In this document: one piece after another, positions 38,681 through 45,375 of the stretch
How the letters are laid out: the number at the start of each line of letters is the position of its first letter
Position numbering within the stretch: the first letter of the stretch is position 1
IMG/VR virus record: IMGVR_UViG_3300002920_000062
Span: 134,123 to 179,497 of that record
Source of the DNA: a virus
Reading direction: 5' to 3' (one strand)
Length of the DNA stretch: 45,375 bases
Program-made: the position numbers and the translations under genes
The notes under the pieces: model-generated
The model's input: the letters and a program-made list of their open reading frames with translations, nothing else
Told to the model about the DNA's origin: nothing
Databases searched by the model: none

Positions 38681-39759
38681 AAATTCAAGAGCTACTCAAA
38701 GAAAGCATTTTGTTAGAAAGCACTCATAGAACTCCTCACCCCGAAGATTCAGTATTCAGTGGTTTAGAAGCAGTACAAAGCATGGTTGATTCACTATATT
38801 GGGTAATAGAAAATCCACGAACAATCACTATCAAGTTTGATGGTTTTCCTGCGTTAATATTTGGATATAATAGTAAGAAAGAATTTACTATATCAGATAA
38901 GTACATGTTTGACAAGGGAGAAGAATATTTAGGCACCAGCCCAAAATTTTGGGAAGAATATGACAGAAGTCGCGGCAAAGATAGGGGCGAACTATATCAA
39001 AAGCTAGCTAATATCTGGGAAGGATTGAAAATAGCAGTCGGCAGCAATACGGGCTTTTATTGGGGAGACCTGCTATGGGGTTTCCCTCTCAATGAGCAAG
39101 ATAATATGTTTATTTTTAAGCCAAACACTGTGACGTATTCAGTTCCTGTAAACAGCAAGCTTGGTAAAAAGATTGCCGGAACTAAAGGCGGTATCGTAGT
39201 TCACCAGTATTTTAGAGCCATTGGCGCAACACCCGTGCAATGGAATGGTCAGGGATTGCAGGGTAATAGCCAAGTTGCTATTTTGACACCGAGTGCTGAT
39301 ATCTCATTTTCTCTGTCAAGACCGACCAAAGAGATTGCCCAGGTTAATAGAGCATTGCAGGATAATTCTGGACTTGATAAATTCTTGTCAGGCATGGCAG
39401 AAGTGGCTAAGAATGCTATCTTGAAGTATCTTAATCATTATGTAACTAGGCAAACCAATCAAAAGCTTTTGGACTGGTTGCCAACTCAGTTGAGCGGCAA
39501 GCAAGTTACCTTTTTACTTGGTAATGATGGATACTTGATAAAGAACCAAGAACAACTACAAGCAGCCATAAACCTTTATTTTGCTATAGCTAACTTGAAG
39601 AATAATCTTGTTGATCAATTAGAACAGCAAGTAAAAGGTATACAACAAACTATTAACGGTAAACCAGGAGGGGAAGGATTTGTCTTCAATACTCCGAACG
39701 GTCTGGTTAAACTAGTTAATAGAAGCATGTTTGGTGTGGCCCATTTTGCTAAAAAATAA
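38677..39759 (+). CDS. Ligase-like covalent nucleotidyltransferase-fold protein (DUF6267-like)
   Basis: TIKFDG (motif I KxDG), WGDLL, GEGFV (motif IV), LVKLVNR (motif V). Confidence 0.6.
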   Translation: MKIQELLKESILLESTHRTPHPEDSVFSGLEAVQSMVDSLYWVIENPRTITIKFDGFPALIFGYNSKKEFTISDKYMFDKGEEYLGTSPKFWEEYDRSRGKDRGELYQKLANIWEGLKIAVGSNTGFYWGDLLWGFPLNEQDNMFIFKPNTVTYSVPVNSKLGKKIAGTKGGIVVHQYFRAIGATPVQWNGQGLQGNSQVAILTPSADISFSLSRPTKEIAQVNRALQDNSGLDKFLSGMAEVAKNAILKYLNHYVTRQTNQKLLDWLPTQLSGKQVTFLLGNDGYLIKNQEQLQAAINLYFAIANLKNNLVDQLEQQVKGIQQTINGKPGGEGFVFNTPNGLVKLVNRSMFGVAHFAKK

Positions 39760-39787
39760 CCCAAAACCTGAATTTTTTGCCACTTAG

Positions 39788-39795
39788 TATAAATA
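39788..39795 (+). promoter_or_regulatory. T4-like late promoter TATAAATA
   Basis: Exact T4 late consensus upstream of a small gene that has its own terminator. Confidence 0.65.
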
Positions 39796-39838
39796 ACAGC
39801 ATGAGCGTTGTCTCAATTTAACATAAGGAAACACTAAC

Positions 39839-40228
39839 ATGGCAGAATTTACAAGAGTAAACGGTGACTTCAAGCCAGTAATGAACTATGATGCACCCGA
39901 GTACATCAACACTGGTGTTAATGCTGTTACTTCAGCATCTACTGTACAGCCCCAAGGTCCAAAGCTTGAGTTCTTCACTGTAACTTTAACCGGAACTGGT
40001 ACAACTGGCGCGCAAGTAAAGGCAGCTATTGATACCATTCAGCAGCTTGGAATTGTATACTTATATGAGTTTACCTCTTCTACTAATGATACACTGGCAG
40101 TAGCTATGTATCCGGCTGGTGCTTGGGGTGATGTAACTGCAACAACAGCTGGTTCACTAGACGAGGCTTTGACTACTGCACTTGGCGAAGCAGTAACAAT
40201 CACTGCATCCGCAACTTTCACTAACTAA
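39839..40228 (+). CDS. Small putative virion protein
   Basis: T/A-rich, TAAGGA RBS, bracketed by late promoter and terminator. Confidence 0.65.
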   Translation: MAEFTRVNGDFKPVMNYDAPEYINTGVNAVTSASTVQPQGPKLEFFTVTLTGTGTTGAQVKAAIDTIQQLGIVYLYEFTSSTNDTLAVAMYPAGAWGDVTATTAGSLDEALTTALGEAVTITASATFTN

Positions 40229-40253
40229 TAGGCTCTAGTTAATCTATAAAAAG

Positions 40254-40285
40254 TCCGGGGATATTTTATCCCCGGATTTTCCTTT
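40254..40285 (+). terminator. Intrinsic terminator
   Basis: TCCGGGGATA-ttt-TATCCCCGGA followed by TTTTCCTTT. Confidence 0.85.
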
Positions 40286-40298
40286 GTTAAATATCAGC

Positions 40299-40742
40299 AT
40301 GACACAGAGAATAGCATGCTACACTCTATTCAATATAGAACAGACAAATATTTCAAATCGTGCTAGACACGATGCTACTGTGCCAAACTGGATAAAGAAG
40401 CGCAATACTCAGTCTAATTTTGATACACTTATACAAATAATATCCCTTAGAACACAACCAGAAAACATATCCAAACCAATAATGGTTGATATTACAGAAG
40501 ACCTAAAGAAAAAATTAGGAAGCAAACTAACAATTGATAAATGTAAATTATGGTATTTTACGTTTGATATAAACTACACAAATGTGTATAATGACGGAAA
40601 GAATGAATTGGGACACCTTTATTATGATTGTAATGGTGTCCCAATGATTGAAGTTGATAGATGTTACACACCGGCAAATAGATTCTTAGATACTACTGAG
40701 GAATTTAGAAATGTGTTTTTTGAGTTAATAAGCTATGAATAA
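40299..40742 (+). CDS. Hypothetical protein
   Basis: RNTQSNFDTLIQIISLRTQP, GVPMI; TAAATA at 40288. Confidence 0.7.
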   Translation: MTQRIACYTLFNIEQTNISNRARHDATVPNWIKKRNTQSNFDTLIQIISLRTQPENISKPIMVDITEDLKKKLGSKLTIDKCKLWYFTFDINYTNVYNDGKNELGHLYYDCNGVPMIEVDRCYTPANRFLDTTEEFRNVFFELISYE

Positions 40743-41211
40743 GAAAATTACAGACTTCTTTGACAAAATTATAGATCCCGAACTAGGGAAAATCGTAGTG
40801 TCAAAACAACCAGACGGTTATATGCTTTTTAGTAGGTTTTATGTTAAACAGCATAATGATTTGCTATATGAGGTAGTTGATATTAAGACCAACCAAATTG
40901 AACAGTTCTCCTACCTTAGAAATGCCATAGCTTACACATCTCTGATAAATTGCAAGAAATTTCGTTTAGCAAACAGATTAGCTAAACTAGACTTACAGTT
41001 GGCTAGTATTGATACTGACCTCAGCATATGTAAGCAGCTATACAGAACTTCAAATAACAACGAAATACAATGGCTCAAGTTTCATAATAAATCATACACA
41101 AGGAAAATGATTCTACATGAGATTGGTGAAATAATCAAACTTGCTAAATTTTGGCAGCAAAGGCAATTTTCTTCCAGCATGAATGATACTAAATTTAATT
41201 ATTGGGGATAA
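40735..41211 (+). CDS. Hypothetical protein
   Basis: 158-aa ORF overlapping upstream gene. Confidence 0.7.
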   Translation: MNKKITDFFDKIIDPELGKIVVSKQPDGYMLFSRFYVKQHNDLLYEVVDIKTNQIEQFSYLRNAIAYTSLINCKKFRLANRLAKLDLQLASIDTDLSICKQLYRTSNNNEIQWLKFHNKSYTRKMILHEIGEIIKLAKFWQQRQFSSSMNDTKFNYWG

Positions 41212-41239
41212 ATAAACATAATAATAACGGAAGATAACT

Positions 41240-41929
41240 ATGAAACTTGATAGTCTTAACAACAAGCGCCCTGCCCAAAGAGCATTAAAGGAAAGTTTTG
41301 ATATGAATTTTAATCCATCTAAGATGGACAAAACTCAGACTACTATTATGCTAGGTAAAGTTCGCAAGCTTATTAAGGAAGCTCGCTCTACCCCTGAATT
41401 TCACAAGTCACATCGTAATCCAGATTATCTAAAGATGCTGTTTATAGAGCAGGTATTGACAGAACATCTTAAAGTAGCTAAAACTAAAAGAATCGTAGTT
41501 GAAAATGAATCTGTAGAGAAATCACAGGTTATTCTAGCAGCACAGGACTTAGTTGATACTGTACAGGAAATGTACGAAGATGTTAATGACCTAGTAGTTA
41601 AGGAACTGCCTGCTTTAGTCGATTCAATCCAGTCACAAATTGGAGTCAAAGAAGGTAAACAGTACAACAACCAGGTTTCTGGTCTTTTGTCTACACTTGA
41701 AGATACTCTCAGAGAAACACAGATCGGTCTTCGTTCTGCTCTTAATGTCTTAACAGGTGAAGGAGACGAAGAACCATTTGATGTAGACGACACGGACAGT
41801 GATATAGACCTAGACACGGACACGGGTGATAAAGACCTAGATACAGATAATGATATAAACCTTGATATGGACATGGACGACCCGGAAGATGAAATCAATG
41901 CAAGGACAGTCGGTAGAGAACTTAGATAA
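41240..41929 (+). CDS. Putative prohead core/internal protein with acidic tail
   Basis: Coiled-coil plus D-rich low-complexity tail ending VGRELR; TAAATA at 41209. Confidence 0.6.
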   Translation: MKLDSLNNKRPAQRALKESFDMNFNPSKMDKTQTTIMLGKVRKLIKEARSTPEFHKSHRNPDYLKMLFIEQVLTEHLKVAKTKRIVVENESVEKSQVILAAQDLVDTVQEMYEDVNDLVVKELPALVDSIQSQIGVKEGKQYNNQVSGLLSTLEDTLRETQIGLRSALNVLTGEGDEEPFDVDDTDSDIDLDTDTGDKDLDTDNDINLDMDMDDPEDEINARTVGRELR

Positions 41930-42267
41930 TGTTCTTATTTGAGCTTGAAGGGCAGCCAGACTTTGCTCCCAAATTGGTTGCTCTTACTAACCAATTAAAA
42001 CAAAATTTTGAAGAAAAGGGATATCCACGTTGCTTTACTGTGGACCACTTATTAGCATACTTTGCTAAGTATGATATAATTATAGACCTAGACGATCTGT
42101 ACAATATGATACAAGTCCCTCCGCTAAAAGACTTGATTAGTAATATTCAAGGGAAGGATATTGTTTTTGTCGGTCAGTCGGAAAAAAAGCCTGACATTGA
42201 AATTCCAGACGAAGAAAATGATGATACCGTAAAAAAGATGGCTGATAGAGCCATGAAAAGAAGATAG
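41929..42267 (+). CDS. Hypothetical protein
   Basis: Coupled to upstream gene by TAATG overlap; ends VKKMADRAMKRR. Confidence 0.7.
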   Translation: MFLFELEGQPDFAPKLVALTNQLKQNFEEKGYPRCFTVDHLLAYFAKYDIIIDLDDLYNMIQVPPLKDLISNIQGKDIVFVGQSEKKPDIEIPDEENDDTVKKMADRAMKRR

Positions 42268-42287
42268 TTGTTTCAGCAATAATATTG

Positions 42288-42316
42288 TTGTTTTAGCAAT
42301 ACTATTTTAGTATAAT
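42288..42316 (+). promoter_or_regulatory. Sigma70-like promoter
   Basis: TTGTTT-17 nt-TATAAT, ATG 6 nt downstream. Confidence 0.6.
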
Positions 42317-42322
42317 ACTATT

Positions 42323-43009
42323 ATGTTAGTAAATAAATTTGATTATAAGCCATTACACAGAATAGCAACTGATGCTGGAAGGAAATATATTACTCCCGAC
42401 AATCAGGCCCTGGCAAGTGTGACTACTATTCTTGACGCTACTAAGCCACAAGAGTCTAAGCAAGCTCTTAAAGAGTGGCGCAAAAGAGTAGGTGAAAAGA
42501 AAGCACAAGAAATAACTAGCGCAGCAGCAAGTCGTGGTACTAGGATGCACAGCTACCTAGAAAACTATATTATTGAGGATTCTTTACGAGAACCAGGCAA
42601 GCATCCTATGAGCATACAAAGTCATAACATGGCTGCAAAAATAATAGAGCACGGTCTTTCTAAATGTGACGAATACTGGGGCGTTGAAGTTTCTTTATAT
42701 TTCCCTAAGATTTATGCAGGTACTACTGACCTAGTTGGTGTTTGGCAGGGTAGACCGTCTATTATAGATTTTAAACAAACCAATAAAGAAAAAAAAACAG
42801 AATGGATTGAAGATTACTTTCTGCAACTAGCCTTTTATGGAACAGCCCACAATGAACTATATGATACAGATATTAAGACTGGTGTAATCATGATGTGTAC
42901 GGTCGATTGTAAATATCAAGAATTTTCAATTGAAGGAAATCAGTGGAACACCTATGTCGATAAGATGTGGCGAAGACTTGAACAGTATTATACATTACTA
43001 GTTAAATAA
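42323..43009 (+). CDS. PD-(D/E)XK exonuclease (RecB/Cas4-like superfamily)
   Basis: SVTTIL, RGTRMH, EVSL, YAGTTDLV, IIDFKQ, QLAFY. Confidence 0.9.
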   Translation: MLVNKFDYKPLHRIATDAGRKYITPDNQALASVTTILDATKPQESKQALKEWRKRVGEKKAQEITSAAASRGTRMHSYLENYIIEDSLREPGKHPMSIQSHNMAAKIIEHGLSKCDEYWGVEVSLYFPKIYAGTTDLVGVWQGRPSIIDFKQTNKEKKTEWIEDYFLQLAFYGTAHNELYDTDIKTGVIMMCTVDCKYQEFSIEGNQWNTYVDKMWRRLEQYYTLLVK

Positions 43010-43210
43010 AGTCCAGCCTTCGCAGTTTTTTCTTTTACCTAGTATTACATTTCTTACATTAGAATGATAAATTGGATATTTTTTACAAGTGCGCAAGAGT
43101 AGTTAGGGATTTACGACCCAGTGAACTACATTTTTAGCTATCATAACAATACTATACCAAGTTCCTCTGACCAAGCATAAATAAGTGTAGTCAAGGACAA
43201 GATTACACTT

Positions 43211-45375
43211 ATGAGCATTATCCAGATTTCAAAAATACAGCAGCGCACTGGTAACTTAGTTGATTTGCCGCAGTTAGATGAAGCTGAATTGGGCTGGGCC
43301 ACTGATGCTAAGTTACTCTTCATTGGTAAGACCACTCCGAATGAAAACGTCGAAGTTCTAACAGCATATAGCCGTATCAATTTTAGCCAGTTAAATGGAA
43401 GTGTTGGCAATTTAAATATTCAATCTAATACATTAACTGCTGGACAAGTAATGACTTATGACGGCACTTCATGGGTTAACAGGGGAGGAAAAGCAGGCGG
43501 TACTATCACACTGGGTGATGTTTCTAATGTAAAAATTACCGGCGGCGCAATTAGTTACGTGCTAGAAACAGACGGGTTAGGTAACTTATCTTGGACCCCC
43601 AAGTCAACTATTATTGCTTTTATTAGGAGTGCCACTAATGCTAGTCCGGTGGTAATTACCACCACTCAAGAACATTTTTTTACTGATGGTCAGCGAGTTA
43701 CTATTACCAACGTTCCGGGCATGACTCAGTTGAACGGTAACTCATATTTTGTTAATGTATTGTCTTCTAATACTATATCTCTATTCACTGACGGTACATT
43801 AACTACACCGGTTAATGGCACAGCTTTTGGAATTTTTCCTAGCACAAACGCTACCAACACTAGTGCTGCTAATAACAGGATAACTGTAACTGATTCGTCA
43901 GCTTTCACATTAAACCAAGCAATACAATTTATTGGTGACTTGGGTTCAAGCACTCTTCTTGAGAACACAACTTATTATGTTAAGAGCAAACCAACTGGTA
44001 CAACAATAACCGTATCTGAAACATTAGTGGCAGGTGTTGCAGGAGATACCAAGAACTTGGCCACTTCAGCAATAACTGCAACAGTATATGCAACTGGTGC
44101 AAGATTGGTTTCTACCGTAGCAGGTGGAAGCGGTGGCACAGGTACCCCGGGGGGTTCTCCAAGTTCAGTTCAGTATAATAGAAACAATTTATTAGAGGGT
44201 GATGCCAACTTTACGTGGGATTTCCTCAATCCTACGTTATCAGTTAACGGGAACATAAATGCAAATACTGCTACAATTTCCGGTATCACAACATCCAATC
44301 GTTTTGTTTCAACAGTGGCTACAGGTACAGCGCCATTTGTGGTCAATAGTACCACCTTAGTAGCAAACTTGAATGCAGCAACAGCCGGGACAGCGACTAA
44401 TGCGGTAAACGTAACCGGTAGCAGTCAACCCAATATCACAAGCATTGGTAATCTCACAAACTTGACTGTTGCAGGAAACCTGAACGCAGGTAACATTATT
44501 GCTTCTGGTTCAGGTATCACAGACTTGAATGCTTCAAACTTGGCAACAGGAACTGTTCCAACAGCAAGATTATCGGGAAGTTACAACATAACTGTTACTT
44601 CTGCAAACACAGCACAAACAGTAACTAATGCATCACAACCAAACATCACTTCACTAGGTACGTTAACTGGGTTGACAGTAACTGGAAATGTGCAATTGAA
44701 CGGTCCTACAGTAAATTTAGGTCAAGTAGGTAATATTGTAATTCTCGGCGGTTCATCGGGTCAAGTATTGACTACTAATGGTGCGGGCGCTTTGTCTTGG
44801 CAGACAGTATCCTCAGTAGCTACGGCACAAACAGTAACCAACAACGCCCAGCCAAACATTACAAGTGTTGGCACTTTAACATCATTAACTGTGTCAGGTA
44901 ACACATCGCTAGCTAATGTTTCTGCTACGAATATATCTGGTAATGGCACAAACATAACTAATATCAATGCCAACAATATCACAACTGGCACAGTATCTAC
45001 GGCAAGACTTGGTACAGGCACAGCAAATAGCTCAACCTTCTTGAGAGGGGATGGTGTATGGCAAGCAATCTCGGTAGCCAACGGGTTCACTGGATCACAG
45101 GGCTTTACTGGATCACAGGGTTTCACTGGCTCGCAGGGCATTCAAGGTATACAGGGAATCCAAGGTATTCAGGGCCCAATTGGCTTTACGGGATCGCAGG
45201 GTTTCACTGGCCCAACTGGTCCGCAAGGTCCAACCGGCCCAACTGGTCCACAAGGCCCAATTGGCTTTACGGGTTCACAAGGCATTCAGGGTGCAACCGG
45301 CCCAACTGGTCCGCAAGGTCCAATTGGCTTTACGGGATCACAAGGCATTCAGGGTGCAACCGGCCCAACTGGATC
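43211..45375 (+). CDS. Tail fibre/long virion fibre with collagen-like region, 3' truncated (absent from ORF track)
   Basis: [32 protein letters not shown]...; repeated (A/S)QPNITS(I/L/V)G; start and collagen region share one frame. Confidence 0.88.
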   Translation, partial: MSIIQISKIQQRTGNLVDLPQLDEAELGWATDAKLLFIGKTTPNENVEVLTAYSRINFSQLNGSVGNLNIQSNTLTAGQVMTYDGTSWVNRGGKAGGTITLGDVSNVKITGGAISYVLETDGLGNLSWTPKSTIIAFIRSATNASPVVITTTQEHFFTDGQRVTITNVPGMTQLNGNSYFVNVLSSNTISLFTDGTLTTPVNGTAFGIFPSTNATNTSAANNRITVTDSSAFTLNQAIQFIGDLGSSTLLENTTYYVKSKPTGTTITVSETLVAGVAGDTKNLATSAITATVYATGARLVSTVAGGSGGTGTPGGSPSSVQYNRNNLLEGDANFTWDFLNPTLSVNGNINANTATISGITTSNRFVSTVATGTAPFVVNSTTLVANLNAATAGTATNAVNVTGSSQPNITSIGNLTNLTVAGNLNAGNIIASGSGITDLNASNLATGTVPTARLSGSYNITVTSANTAQTVTNASQPNITSLGTLTGLTVTGNVQLNGPTVNLGQVGNIVILGGSSGQVLTTNGAGALSWQTVSSVATAQTVTNNAQPNITSVGTLTSLTVSGNTSLANVSATNISGNGTNITNINANNITTGTVSTARLGTGTANSSTFLRGDGVWQAISVANGFTGSQGFTGSQGFTGSQGIQGIQGIQGIQGPIGFTGSQGFTGPTGPQGPTGPTGPQGPIGFTGSQGIQGATGPTGPQGPIGFTGSQGIQGATGPTG
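45083..45375 (+). repeat. Collagen-like Gly-X-Y repeat ([21 protein letters not shown])
   Basis: About 32 uninterrupted G-X-Y triplets to the window end; 9-, 18- and 63-nt DNA repeat units. Confidence 0.95.

Noticed and set aside
42323-43009. Cas4 / CRISPR-Cas system
   Set aside because: No four-Cys Fe-S motif, no other cas genes and no repeat-spacer array seen; a stand-alone phage exonuclease fits better
117-45141. Many short antisense or nested ORFs in the ORF track (e.g. 626-946, 41425-41898, 43141-45141 minus)
   Set aside because: They shadow well-supported genes on the other strand or frame and have no motifs or RBS
45083-45375. CRISPR-like or non-coding tandem repeat
   Set aside because: Units are multiples of 9 nt and encode in-frame Gly-X-Y collagen

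Overview
AT-rich segment of a large T4-like (gp21/gp22/gp23-type head, PAAR spike) tailed phage genome, read in the standard genetic code. Left to right: prohead protease, scaffold and major capsid protein; a 2OG-Fe(II) oxygenase plus two multidomain glycosyltransferases; a class Ia ribonucleotide reductase module (nrdA, class II aldolase, nrdB, glutaredoxin); PAAR and a 950-aa structural protein; replication genes (AAA+ ATPase, UvsW-like helicase, gp62-like, DEDDh exonuclease, a ~190-aa mini-DnaE, primase, DnaB/gp41 helicase); peptide deformylase; four intact or decayed homing-endonuclease-like genes plus one short relic; a cluster of predicted capsid-packaged enzymes; a PD-(D/E)XK exonuclease; and a tail fibre ending in collagen repeats that runs off the window. 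The main finding is that three core enzymes (NrdA, UvsW, DnaB) are each broken into two genes at a catalytic motif by a split intein and would need protein trans-splicing. The DnaB intein is atypically split, with a 19-aa IntN and a 161-aa IntC. A second candidate system is a nucleotidyltransferase, two R-S-E ADP-ribosyltransferase-like paralogues and a ligase-like protein, all with capsid-targeting-like N-termini. All calls come from motif recognition by eye; no database searches were run.
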